Source of the DNA: Octopus vulgaris
Taxonomy: Eukaryota
DNA: 64,000 nucleotides
Direction: 5' to 3'
Assembly: GCA_951406725.2 (NCBI GenBank)
Contig: OX597823.1
Location: 49,910,001 to 49,974,000, forward strand
Position numbers and translations under genes: made by a program. How positions within the stretch are numbered: the stretch's first letter is position 1; the number at the start of each line of letters is the position of its first letter. This document shows positions 12,450-24,500 of the stretch, in pieces. The notes under the pieces are model-generated. The model saw only the letters and a list, made by a program, of their open reading frames with translations, was not told the origin of the DNA and made no database searches.

Positions 12450-13560
12450 ATGCATTAGGGTGGGTGGTGTAGTGAGTGAGTGGTTTGACGTGAAGGTGGG
12501 ATTAAGACAAGGTTGGGTGATGTCTCCATGGCTGTTTAATCTATATATAGATGGTATGGTGAGAGAGGTGAATGCTTGAACCATTGGTAGCGGAGCCCAA
12601 ATGGTGGGAGAGAATGGAGAGAAATGACAGGCGAGTCAGTTGTTGTTTGCTGATGATACAACACTGGCGGCAGATTTGGAAGAGCAACTGAGGAAACTGA
12701 AAGTGAACGTAGCTAAGGTGATGAGATGTTCGAGAGATGGAATGGCTGGTAGGATGAATGTAAGTATAAATGGTGAGATGTTAGAGGAGGTGAGTGTTTT
12801 TAAGTATCTGGGATCACATGTGACAGTGGATGAGGAGGGGTTGGCTGAGGAGGTGGGATATAGAGTGAGGGAGAGGAGTTAAATACTTGGAGTTGTGAAG
12901 GGTATGCTGAAAAATAAAATGTTGAGTGTGAAAGCGAAAAGAGATGTATATGAGGGCATGATTGTGCCGACGATGTTATATGGTGCAGAAATGAGGAGTC
13001 TGAAAGAGGCAGAAAGGAGGTGACTAGATGTGTTTGAGATGTTCGAGGGCTATGGTTGGTATGACATGGATGGACGGAATGAGGAGGTGTGTAGACGAGC
13101 AGGAATGAGAGAAAATCTATGTACCAGAATGAATAAACAAATGTTGAGGTGGTTTGGATGGATGAAGAGTGAATGGTAAGGAGGGTGATGAAGGCAGAAG
13201 TGGTTGGCAGCAGAACCTGAAGCAGATCTTGGTTTGTGTTGATGGATGTAGTGAGGAAAGCTTTGGTGGTTAGAGGTGTTGGAGTGAGAGAGGCAAGAGA
13301 ATTTATTAATGATAGGAAAGCTTGGAGAGTGTTTGTGGATGGGTGAGTGAATTGATGTTGCTGAAAGGAGAATTGATGATGCGGCAGGGGTAAACAGCAT
13401 ATGATGTCGGGCTCTGTTGCTGATATGGGGGGTTGCTTTCTGTGCCTTGACCTGAGCATAGGACAGGACTTGCCTCTGAGCTGGGAAATGAATGGAATGC
13501 CTGGCATGTGTTTTGTTGTGACCTACCCCCGCCCCATAGGAAATAGGCCTTGGTAAATGA
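12450..13560 (+). mobile_element. 5'-truncated RTE (BovB-like) LINE, RT domain to 3' end
   Basis: It translates as IRVGGVVSEWFDVKVGLRQGWVMSPWLFNLYIDGMVREVNA..SQLLFADDT..LEEVSVFKYLG..YEGMIVPTMLYGAE, with a few stops and deletions. Confidence 0.9.
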
Positions 13561-13634
13561 AAAAATATATGAAACCGGCTTCTACAACTTTTCCTCTACC
13601 AAATCCACTCACTCGCAGCTGTCTCTGATATGCT

Positions 13635-13931
13635 TTTTAGGTGAGTTCATGGTTCCATTTATTCAGTCGGTCAATTGATTGACTGAAAAAAAGTGAATGA
13701 TCTTTACAAATACTATTGTCTTCAGAGTCTGCACAGCATGTACCAAAATAAATGTGAAAATAAAAGTAATAAAGATATAGAAAGAGGAGCGAAGAGAAAA
13801 ATTTTAATATTTTTGCTTGCGTTTACTTTGGCACATGCTGCGCGAACTCTGAAGATGATAAGTATTTGTATAGAGCATTCACTTTTTCCACTCGACCTGT
13901 TGAATAAATGGAACCATGAATGCACCTAAAA
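13635..13931. repeat. Long fold-back inverted repeat
   Basis: TTTTAGGTGAGTTCATGGTTCCATTTATTCA pairs with TGAATAAATGGAACCATGAATGCACCTAAAA. The arms are about 125 nt long around a purine-rich spacer. Confidence 0.85.
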
Positions 13932-14049
13932 TGCTTAATAGAAACAACTGTAAGTGTAAGATAAGCAAATATATAAATGTGTAAAGCCTATTATTTGTGC
14001 CTTTTCTTATATATATATAAGATTTTCTTATATATATATATATATATAA

Positions 14050-14357
14050 GAAAATCAATGCTAAGTAGTGGATGATATAGAGAATAGTTTCAGTCATGAT
14101 GGAACCACCTGAAAACTGAGATGATTTTCTTTGTCCAGTGAATATTGGCTTGGCTGATATGTGGTCTGGTGATGTTTGCAGCTGACATTGTTTAATGTTT
14201 ACAGGTTTACTAAAGGGCAACCTTCATTCTGAACCATGGATTATTTCTGTTGGTATTCAAAAGTAAATCTTTTTGAATATAATTTCAAGATATTTAATAT
14301 TGACTGCATATCTAAAAATGACTTACGCTTCTTAAATGAGGCTGTTCACACATTTTC
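14050..14357. repeat. About 310-bp direct duplication, copy 1
   Basis: ATCAATGCTAAGTAGTGGATGAT...GCTGTTCACACATTTT recurs at about 15500-15805 with scattered substitutions. Confidence 0.9.
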
Positions 14358-14579
14358 TTAAATTTCTTGTCTCTGTCTCTTTCTTTGCCTATCTTTTGCC
14401 TTCCACCCACACTCTTTTTCTCTCTTTTCCTCCCTAATACTTACTTCTTCCTTCGTTGTGACTTCCTATCTGTCCTTCTCTCATCTCCAGTCCTACAGGA
14501 TGTTGACTGATGAGGAATTAGCTATGAATTTTATATACGTTGTGTTTTTGTTAAATTATTGAAATATATATATATATTT

Positions 14580-14754
14580 TTTTTTTCTCCTTTTTTTCTC
14601 TCCTTGTTTTTTTCTGTGTATCTTTCTGTCGAAGAACATAGGCTTGAAACGTAAAAGACTTTTTCTATTTCTATTCCTGAGCGCTATACTAATACATTTG
14701 TTTGTTTGTACTCCACCTGCCTTCGTCTTTTGTTTATTTTCGTAAACCTTCCCG

Positions 14755-14755
<1 letters not shown>
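14580..14755 (+). mobile_element. Short PLE-derived element with variant hammerhead (14621-14658)
   Basis: The motif is TCTTT-CTGTCGA-A-GAAC(ATAG)GCTT-GAAA-CGT-A-AAAGA, followed by TTCCTGAGCG..TACTAATAC. It is flanked by (TA)n on both sides. Confidence 0.7.
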
Positions 14756-14794
<39 letters not shown>

Positions 14795-15499
14795 ATTTAT
14801 AGCTGCTGGAATGCTTGTGGGATTAAGAAGTTTGTTTTGCAACCATGCAGTTTTGGGTTCAATCCCATAGTATGTTACTGTGGGCAGGTGTTTCCTATTA
14901 CAGCTTCAGGTTGATCAGTGCCTTACAAGTAGAATTTGGTAGATGAAAATTGTTTGGAAACCTGTTGTGTGTGTATGTGTGGGTGTATATCCGTATTGAC
15001 ACTGTTCAGTTATCAGTAACAATGTTTATGTCCCTAATTCAGCAGCTCAGTTAATGTGAATCCACAGTGAATTAACTTAATTGAAAACAAGTGTGGATTA
15101 GCATAACAAAAGGCACTCAGCTGTACAATACAGCCTCAACAGTATTCCACCCCATGCCACCATGGAAAAAGAGTGTACATGAAAACTGATGTCAATGATG
15201 ATGATAATATGTGTGTGTGTATGTTAGGCAATTTCACTGTTCTTTCATTGCGAAATTATATAATATTAAAACAAGTATTGCCACATCCAGTGGTACTTGT
15301 AGTGTGCTCAGATTTGTTGTTAATATATAAACAATATCCAGAATAGAGGTTGGCCAAGAAGATACAAAGTGCTTATTAATATATTGATATAGGGTAGTAG
15401 GGTTAATAGATGAAATGATCAAGCTCATGAGAATAGCTGGATAAAGGCCATTAGGCAAACCTATTGAACCGATTCATGGGGAAGAAAGAAAAAAAATCA

Positions 15500-15805
15500 A
15501 TCAATGCTAAGTAGTGGATGATGATGAGAATAGTTTCAGTCATGATGGAACCACCTGAAAATTGAGATGATTTGCTTTGTTTGGTGAATGTTGGCTTGCC
15601 TGACATATGGTCTGGTGATGTTTGCAGCTGACATTATTTAATGTTTACAGGTTTAGTAAAGGGCAACTTTCATTCTGAACTGTGAATTGTTTGTGTTGGT
15701 ATTCAAAAGTAAATCTTCTTTTCGAATATAATTTCAAGACATTTAATATTGACTGCTTATCCAAAAATTATTCACCCTTCTTAAATGGGGCTGTTCACAC
15801 ATTTT
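15500..15805. repeat. About 310-bp direct duplication, copy 2
   Basis: It is homologous to 14050-14357. Confidence 0.9.
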
Positions 15806-16019
15806 ATTCAAAATTTTGTCAGGGGCATTTTGATGTTTTAGTATTAGTGGTACCCATATATATTCCAATTATGTTACATTGTTAGTCAGTTGTAATAATT
15901 ATATATGGATAAATTATCTTTTTGCTCCAACATTTTGAACATAATGTCTCAATAACTTTTCTCTTTTGTGAAACATAAATTTTAATATTTAAAGTGTGTG
16001 TGTGCATATATTGCATACA

Positions 16020-16178
16020 TTTTTTTTCTCTCCTTGTTTCTTTCTGTGTCCCTTTCTGTAGGAGAGCGTAGGCTTGAAACGTAAAAGACTTTTTCAATTC
16101 CTGAGCGTTATACTAATACATCTGTTTGTTTTCTACACCACCTGTCTTCATCTTTTGTTTTTTTCATGAACTCTCCCC
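16020..16178 (+). mobile_element. Short PLE-derived element with variant hammerhead (16052-16087)
   Basis: The motif is CTTT-CTGTAGG-A-GAGC(GTAG)GCTT-GAAA-CGT-A-AAAG. The element is clearly homologous to 14580-14755. Confidence 0.7.
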
Positions 16179-16368
16179 ATATATCTATATACAAATAAGC
16201 AATTATAATTTTTTGAGCACTGTTAAGTGTCATCTATATGGAGAATCTCTGGATCTCAGCTCTGAACTATATATAATATATATTAATGTTTATTTTTATG
16301 TTCTGTTATAATAAAAACAATTTTACATTAATCTGATGGATTACTTGATACTCTTGTAGAGTACATAC

Positions 16369-16490
16369 TTATTATTCTTAAACAAGAATATTATTGACAG
16401 TGACTTCAAATTTTTGGCTAGTCTGATGAGGATTTAACTGGTTGAAACTTTGAAGTTACTGTCAATAATATTCTTGTGTAAAAATAATAA
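16369..16490. repeat. Palindrome with CTGATGA and GAAA motifs at its centre
   Basis: ACAAGAATATTATTGACAGTGACTTCAAA pairs with TTTGAAGTTACTGTCAATAATATTCTTGT. CTGATGA lies at 16423 and GAAA at 16444. Confidence 0.85.
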
Positions 16491-19400
16491 ATAAATAAAT
16501 AACGTTAGTATATCTTGTGACACCAACAGTGTGTCTGTTAAAAAATTACACAATCTTTAATCCATATACCAATCAACTCAAGTTGTCCTCACAAAACTTA
16601 AGTGATAGCAGTACATTTGACATTGGGTACTAGATGAAGATTCTTATTACTATTTGTGAAATCAGCAATTTTTGAGCTTGTCCAGTTCAAGTTTTTCGTT
16701 AGTTAGTTGCTGGGTCCTAAGACTTTAGCTGTAGTACACTTTGGCAACTCTGTGATCCTGGTCATTGACTTCACAAAGTTCTTCTATCCAGCATTGGCAG
16801 ATGATGTGATTCATCAATAAATGACTTTTTTGTTGTCTCCCATTGCTATACCTGTAACCCTAAGTTGGGTGGCTGTTTGGTGTTACACTTTGCTAAAAAG
16901 CAGCCTGTGTTTTGATCTAGGACTGCCTGTTTCTATATTCAGTGCTAACCCCTATATCTGGAGGCTGTTCTATCTACCATTTGGAGACTAAAGGAGATGT
17001 AGCTCTCTCATCATCATCATCAAACATCCATTTTCCATGCTGGCATTGGTTGGATGGGTTTGACAGGAACTGGCAAGGTCAGGAGATGCACCAGGTTCCA
17101 TAGTCTGTTTTGGTTTGATTTCTATTGCTGGATGTCCTTCCTATTCCAACTACTTTGTAATGGGTGTTATTTACATGGTACAACTTTTGAAAGTTGCTCA
17201 GATTTTCAAACTGGACTTATGTTGCCACTAACATTTCATTTATTAGTCATTATATTTTGGTCATATTTTGGTTTACATTATGAGGAACACATTTTCAAAT
17301 CCTGATTCAAAAGCATTGTTTTGTCTCTTTATTTGTCAAAACCTTTCAGTTTCCTTCTAAAGACTGCTTTGACATTCATCTGATGCCAGTTAGCAGTGTA
17401 CACTGAACCACACTTTCATAATAAGAAACACTCTATCTGTGTCTATTTACAAAAATATATTGTAAAAATTTTCCCTTCATTAACACGCTGATCAACTGGC
17501 TAAATAAAAACACTCTAGGGTCAGTTTAGAGAGCATTAGCTTTTCACACTATGAAATGTATCACCATCATCATTGTCATGGTATTGGCACTACTAAACTG
17601 CTCTGTTGCTTAGTCCTAAGAGTTTTATTTTGTTGCAGTATCTCCCTATTTGTGCTTTGGTCATTGCATACATATTTATTGATGTTGTATTGGATACATG
17701 ATCATTCTTTAATGAGGGTGGGGAAAGTTAACTGAGCAACTCGGTTTTAGTAATGAGCTGAATATAACAATGAATTCTCTATCAGTGTCCTTTTATATAC
17801 TCACTGTTCTTTTGTGATATATAAATTGGATGAAACCAGCTTTCTGGAAATTTGAGTTTCTTTCATTGATTGGGGTTGCATTTCCTTTTGTTTGTTTTCG
17901 TTTTGTTGTTTAGCCATATGTAGAAGGGCCAGAGGCTGATGTCTGAATCAGGCAAAAGATAAAGTTTATCACCCAAGCTTGAAAATATTCGAAATATATA
18001 CTGAGTGGAAAGCACAAAATGAAGAAATAAAATGGGTGTATTGTGCAGTATATAGAATTTTTGTAATGTGTGTGTGTGTGTGATTGAACTCTTCTTTCAT
18101 GAGAATATGTTTTTGTGTTGATATCTGATATCTACTATTTACTTAGAAATTAGTTTATTATATTAACTATTATGTTGCAGGCATTGTGGTGCATTAGTAA
18201 TTTCTCTGCAGATTAATTCTATGACCTGGTTTCATTTCCTATTTAGATTGTTAATATCATTGGGTAAAGCATAAATGCCACAATATTTTATGTAGCTTGT
18301 GGTGTCCTTATTTAGTGTAAAGAACACAGTACTTTCTCCTGTGAACGAAATTTGGTTGAATGGTAGTACAACGAATCAGTCAAACGTTTGTTGATTTTGT
18401 TGAATCTGAAACAAATGCTAACTAGAACACAACAACAACAAGCACAGTAAGAAAATAAACAGGTTCTGCACTGGTTTATTTTATGTTGTATGTTGATGGG
18501 CTCTAGCTTTCTTGATTTCAGTTTCATCTTCATTGTAGTCTTTTGGTATTTTCTCTCCTCTGTTGTATAGCTAGTCTATCACTCATTATTGATTTCTTCC
18601 TTTGGCAATAGGCCGATTTTTGTTGGGGAGTGTGTATAGCCATTCATATCTACCCCACCATATATTCAAAAAATATTACACCAACTCTGAAAGCATGAAA
18701 GTTAAAACCGACTTGAAAATGGTAGAAGTTTAAGATTAAATCTTATATGATATTTAATTCAGTTCTTTGCCATTTGTGCCAACTAACTGCTTTTCTTAAA
18801 CTTTTCAATGATTAATTCTTTTTAATCTACAGTGACGATGTATCATGTTTGAAACCCTGGCTATACCTTTTTTTTTTTTAATAAACATACCATTTCAGCC
18901 TCACTATGAAGATAAATAAAATGGTTTATGGCATAGATTTTATTTATGGGCAGAATAGTGAACTCATTCTGATTTTTAGTCTTCTTAGGATTGGAGAAAG
19001 AATACCCATTTTCCATCCATGGAAAGATTAGTAGCTTACATTTACCGTATTTTCTGGTATACAAGTCACTGTGGTATATAATGTAAACATGTTGTGAAAC
19101 TTTCAAACATTGCCACTATCTTTCCAGATCTTGCTGCATTTCACAATGAGTTTTTGGTCCTCCAAAGTTGTTTTCTTTGGATGTAAATTTGTCAGAAAAA
19201 TTCAACTTGTATACTGGAAAACATATATATAATATATACAACTTAAAACTTAGCTAAACTGGTTTATTTGATTTGCTTAACAGTGCTGGTGCCATGTAAA
19301 AAGCACCCTGTACACTCTGTAAAGTGATTGGTGTTAGGAAGGGCATTGATCCATAGAAACCACGCCAAAACAGACAATAGAACCTGGTGTGGATCCTGGC

Positions 19401-20134
19401 TTGCCAGCTTCTATCAAACCATCTAACCCATGCCAGCATGGAAAACAGATATTAAATGATGATGATTCAAACACTGACATCATGGAGTAAATTAATTCAT
19501 TCATTCGTAGTCTACTCATTGCTTTTCAATAATTTGAAATGTAGTTTAGCTGAGTCGTAGATTGTATATACAATAAATAGCTATAAGCTACTAATTTCTC
19601 TGTGGACAGAAGATGAAGATAAAGGAAGATTAAGACAGAAGCTAGTCAGGTTGCTGCCACTTTTTCTGCTCAAGTAGAGATAAAACCTGTAGTTTTACTT
19701 GTTCAGTTTTCAATGTGTCTAGCACGATCTATTGGATCTTGAATGTTAACTTTCATGAAAGAGAGAGCACAAGTTTGCTGAGAGGTTGATTGGGCATTGA
19801 AGTCAGTAGCTAGTGAGCTCTTAGTAGAAACAGTTCCTGCAGTTGTGTTCCTGTAGAAGTTGAAGATGTGAGAAGAAGTGAGCTGAGGGATTTGTGGAAG
19901 CAGACGGTAAATGCTGGGTGAGATAGCACCTGTGAAAGGATGACATGTGGGAAAGGATTAGTTGAAAGAGTAATTAGCTTCAGTCATTGAGAATTTGGTG
20001 GATCAGTACTCGGAGTGCATCTATAGGGAACTGGGGCATCTAAGAATTGATGTTGTCATATTTTAGAATGCTAAGTGTCACAGATTATGGTGGAAAGTAG
20101 ACCCATCCAAGCCTTACCAACATGTAAAACATGA

Positions 20135-20495
20135 TATGGCTGTGTGGTAAGAAGTTTGCTCCCCCACAACCTGGTTTTGGGCTCAGTTCCACTGTATGGT
20201 ACCTCGAGCAAGTGTCTTGTATAGTCTCAGGTTGACCAAAGCCTTGTGAATGGACTTGGTAGATAGAAACTGAAAGAAGCCCCTATTGTATACATACATA
20301 CATACCTAAACATATGCATGTGTGTGTGTGTCTTTGTGTCTGTACCCCCACTGTTTGGCAACTGGTGTTGATTTGTTTATATATAAAATAAGTACCAGAC
20401 TTTAAAAAAATAAGTACTGCAGGTGATTTGTTTAACTAAAATCCTTCAAGACTGTGTCTCAGCATGGCTGCAATCCAATGACTGAAACAAGTAAA

Positions 20496-20500
<5 letters not shown>
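20135..20500 (+). mobile_element. SINE family A copy
   Basis: It runs TGGCTGTGTGGTAAGAAG...AGCATGGCTGCAATCCAATGACTGAAACAAGTAAAAGA. Confidence 0.8.
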
Positions 20501-20560
<60 letters not shown>

Positions 20561-20576
20561 TATGTATATATATATT

Positions 20577-20781
20577 AGAGGTTGCTGAAAAGTTCCTGGC
20601 TTTGAGTAAAAGAAAATATAGTAAGATCAGTTAATTATGATTTTATTCAACATATTCCCTTCTTAGATTCACGCACTTATTGCAGCTGCTCTTCAGTTTT
20701 TCTAAACCTTGTATAAGAACTCAGAAGGTTGGGTTTCCAAACCAGGCCTTTTGTGTACCCTTAAAGCCAGCACCCCCTCAT
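20577..20781. mobile_element. Mariner-derived MITE
   Basis: The left end is GAGGTTGCTGAAAAGTTCCTGGCTTT and the partly deleted right end is AAAGCCAGCACCCCCTC, in TA context. Confidence 0.55.
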
Positions 20782-21136
20782 GTATATTGATGGTGATGTG
20801 GTTAATCTGTATTTTTTTCTTCTCTTCATTGTTGTCTGTTTTGTTATTGTGTTCATCATCATGAGGTTACTGTGATACATAATCTTTTAAGAAGTTCTAG
20901 TTTAAATGAATGTTTGACTTGAAGCAAGTAGCAGCATGAATCTTTTATTTGTCAACACTTATCTCATTTTTTGTTTCAACTCCACTTCAAGATGAAAAAC
21001 AAGAAGAAAAAAAATCATTTTTAATCAGTGATGTCGAATAATTTTAATTCTAATTCTACTACTTATTATTTTGCAAATTTAGTTTACAGAAATCAAGTCA
21101 TAGAACTGACATATTAACATTGTCTTTATTTGAGAA

Positions 21137-21395
21137 CAGTGGTTTAGTTCTCAACCAGGGTCCATATAATCCTTGGGGGTCCGTATAAGATTTTGTTGAA
21201 ATTTATCAGCAATAAATTGTTTATACTTCTGCAATATACAAGATATTTTAATTTTTTTAAAAACAATTCCTAATAATATTTAATCATAAAAATATATGAT
21301 TTTTTAAAAAATATTAGATGGCTAGAATAGTCCATCCAAGTAAAATAGGAATGAAAGGGGTCCATAAGTAAAAAAAAAATTATTGAGTAACACTG
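21137..21395. mobile_element. hAT-type MITE
   Basis: It has CAGTG...CACTG termini and an 8-bp TSD TTTGAGAA/TTTTAGAA (7/8 match). It is homologous to 38076-38326. Confidence 0.8.
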
Positions 21396-21994
21396 TTTTA
21401 GAAGAAAAACGAAAAGAATGTTATTGTTATATATTTGGATGGTCATTCCTTACTTCTTTTTTGTCAAATCAACACACTATATATTTGTACTTCACTCATT
21501 TATTATTGTTCTTATTTTATCTTATGTCCATTGTTTGGAAGGCTTTCATCACACATCTGTGACCTTTTCAGCAACCCTTCCATCCACGTGTTTTTTCCTG
21601 TCTTGTTTAGTCTAGGAATCTTGCCAAACAAATTCATAAACATAAAGTAAAATGTTATTTATTTATATATATCTCATATTTTAAACAAGCCCCGTTAATG
21701 TTAAATAAACAGGTAATATTATTATTCTCTCTCTTCTAATATTGATTTCTCTTCACATTGATATGAGCTGTGAATTTGTGGTGAGATGACAATATAGTTG
21801 TTATAACCAACCCATGTATGTAACACAGAGCACTCACTTCGAGGAGGAAAGGCTTAACTTTGTTGTATTAAACCTAAGAAGATAGAAAGATGGAACTGTT
21901 CTGCATTTTTCTATGCTGACCCTTTATCTTTTCACTTTTGGTTTCAAGAACCATTCTTGAAAGAATGATCTTCCTGTTAAGAAAATCATTCTGT

Positions 21995-22320
21995 AGGCAT
22001 GGCTCTGTGGTGAGAAGCTTGTTTCCCAACCACATAGTTCTGGGTTCAGTCCCACTGCATGGCACCTTGGGCAAGTGGTTTCTGCCATAGCCTTGGGTTG
22101 ACCCAGACCTTGTGAGTGGATTTGGTAGACAGAAACTGAAAGAAGCCTGTTGTGTATGTGTTTGTCCCCTACCACCACTTGGAAACCAGTGTTGGTGTGT
22201 TTATGTTCCTCTTAGTTTGGCAACAGATCAAAAGTTAAAAAAAAAAAAATAAGTAGTGGAATTGATTCATTAATTAAAATTCCTCAAGGTAGTGCCCCAG
22301 CATGGCCTCAGTCTAATGTT
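21995..22320 (+). mobile_element. SINE family A copy
   Basis: It has the GGTTCAGTCCCACTGCATGGCACCTTGGGCAAGTG head and a matching tail. Confidence 0.8.
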
Positions 22321-22466
22321 CAATTCCACAGTAAAATATCTTTGCCAATTGCTTTCTATCATATTCTTCAAGTTGACCCAAGCCTTGTGAATGAATTTCA
22401 GTGGATGGAAACAGTATGGAAATCCTTTAGATGGACTATACTTAATCTCGAGTTGTCTATTTTGTC

Positions 22467-22805
22467 CAGGGGTTCTCTACCATTTTTTATTTATGGATCC
22501 CTTTGATTACTATTTTATTCTGGTGGACCCCTATAGCCATTCAGTGTTTAAAAACTAGTCTTATTGTAACTTCTTAAAAAATTCCTATTTTATTTTTCAC
22601 ACATTAACTTGTGTAGGTTGAACTATGTATAATGTTAGAGAAAGAAACCTAGCAGTTTCTTGCAATACATACCAATACATACGTCTAAAACAAGATTTTT
22701 TCAGGGGCCCTTAAAATACTATTGTATTGTGGATCCCCAATTTACTGTTTTATTACATGGACCCCCCCCCAAAAAAAAAAATCATATACGGACCCTGATT
22801 GAGAT
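22467..22805. mobile_element. hAT-type MITE, decayed
   Basis: It starts with CAGGGGTTCTC, has repeated GGACCC/GGATCC subterminal motifs and ends in TTGAGA. Confidence 0.5.
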
Positions 22806-23805
22806 TTAGTCCATCGTCTGGTTTAAGAGTAGCACATGGTCCTTTTGTAACTGTAGGGAAGTCAACTGTGATGCAAGTATTTGCCAGAAGTTCTTGATAT
22901 GATGTGCTGAATTTAATAATCATCTGTTGTGTTATTTCTTGCTACTACAATGCATGAGTTGTGCTCTTCTCCTCTCTCCTAATTATGGGGGAGGTCTAAA
23001 TCATGTATGCATGTGTGTGTGTGTATGTATGTATACATATGTATGTCTACGTATATGTGTGTGTTAATATATGTGTAAGTACATTTATTTATGTGTATAT
23101 ATGTGTGTGTGAGTGAGTGTTTAGATATCGTTTTAACATCCAGTGCCATGTAAAACGTACCCAGTACACCCTGTAAAGTAGTTGGCATTAGGAAGGGCAT
23201 CCAGGTGTAGAAACTATGCCAAAACAGATAATGGCCTGGTATGGCTCTTGGGCCTTACCAGCTCCTGTCAAATCGTCCATCCCATGCCAGCATGGAATAA
23301 ACAGATGTTGAATGTTGATGATGATGATTTTCATGCTTACATGGATCAGAAGGAATGCGTTGAGGCAGCTTTTCTGTGGCCGGATGACCTTGTTATCAAC
23401 GTCCACCTGTTTCCAAGCAAGGTGATATCTCCCCATAGCTGAACAGGTTTTCATGAAAGATTGCAAACAAACAACACAGCTTGTATGACAGTGACACTCA
23501 TTTATAACTGTCTTTTGATGACAAGACAAGGAAAAAGAAACACTGTCCCTACACATATACATGTATTATATATGTGTATGTGTGTGTGTGTGTGTACACA
23601 CATACACAAGTAAGCACATAAATGCAAAACAAGGTGGAAGAAAATAGTACTCAAATACCAAAGGTAGAGTAATATACTATTTTTCAAAGCTGCAAAAACA
23701 TCATGTAATGTTTTTGCAGCCTAATAAAAAAAAAAGTGTGTGTACACACATACACGCGCACACACACACACGCGCACACGCACACACACACACACACACA
23801 CATAT

Positions 23806-23979
23806 AGTCAATTCAAAAAACAGAGGAAAACAAACAAATATGAGGATGTAGCACAAGCAATGTATTAATATGATGCTTAGAGAAAGAAGAGAGTTGTTGT
23901 TTTATGTTTTGAGCATAGTTCTTTGTTGGAAACTGGAAAAACAGAAAAGTCCAAAGGGAAAGAAGGAAGGGGGAAAAAA
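23806..23979 (-). mobile_element. Decayed short PLE-derived element with degenerate hammerhead (23899-23933)
   Basis: The reverse complement reads GTTT-CCAACAA-A-GAAC(TAT)GCTC-AAAA-CAT-A-AAAC. This is the 4983 motif with mostly G>A (CpG-type) decay, and it lies next to a CA microsatellite. Confidence 0.55.
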
Positions 23980-24098
23980 TTGCCAACAGTCCATGTGCAG
24001 TTACATTTCTGAAGTGATCGGAAGTTGGAGGAAGAGAAAGTGCTTTCTCGGACAGGAGTGTATGAAGATGGTTGGTATGTGTGTGTGTGTGTGTGTGG

Positions 24099-24500
24099 TA
24101 CTCTTTACTCTTTTACTTGTTTCAGTCATTTGACTGTGGCCATGCTGGAGCACCGCCTTTAGTCGAGCAAATCGACCCTAGGACATATTCTTTGTAGCCT
24201 AGTACTTATTCTATCGGTCTCTTTTGCCGAACCGCTAAGTTACGGGGACGTAAACACACCAGCATCGGTTGTCAAGTGATGGGAGGACACACACAAACAC
24301 TCACACACACACACACACACATATATATACATATATACAATGGGCTTTATTCTATTTCCGTCTACCAAATCCACTCACAAGGCTTTGGTCGGCCCGAGGC
24401 TATAGTAGAAGACACTTGCCCAAGGTGCCACGCAGTGGGACTGAACCCGGAACCATGTGGTTGGTAAGCAAGCTACTTACCACACAGCCACTCCTGCGCC
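24099..24500 (-). mobile_element. SINE family A, best-preserved full-length copy (tRNA head, CORE-like body, internal microsatellite)
   Basis: The reverse complement begins GGCGCAGGAGTGGCTGTGTGGTAAG (A-box-like), then GGGTTCAGTCCC (B-box-like) and ACCTTGGGCAAGTG (CORE-like). It ends GAAACAAGTAAAAGAGTAAAGAG, and CpGs are retained. It resembles octopus OR-type SINEs (inference). Confidence 0.85.

Noticed and set aside
12800-13507. 235-aa minus-strand ORF
   Set aside because: It is the antisense shadow of the G-rich RTE LINE on the + strand and has no recognisable domain.
14496-14535. CTGATGA followed by a GGAATT/AATTTT stem
   Set aside because: No GAAA box or helix I/III partner follows. At most it is a truncated hammerhead remnant.
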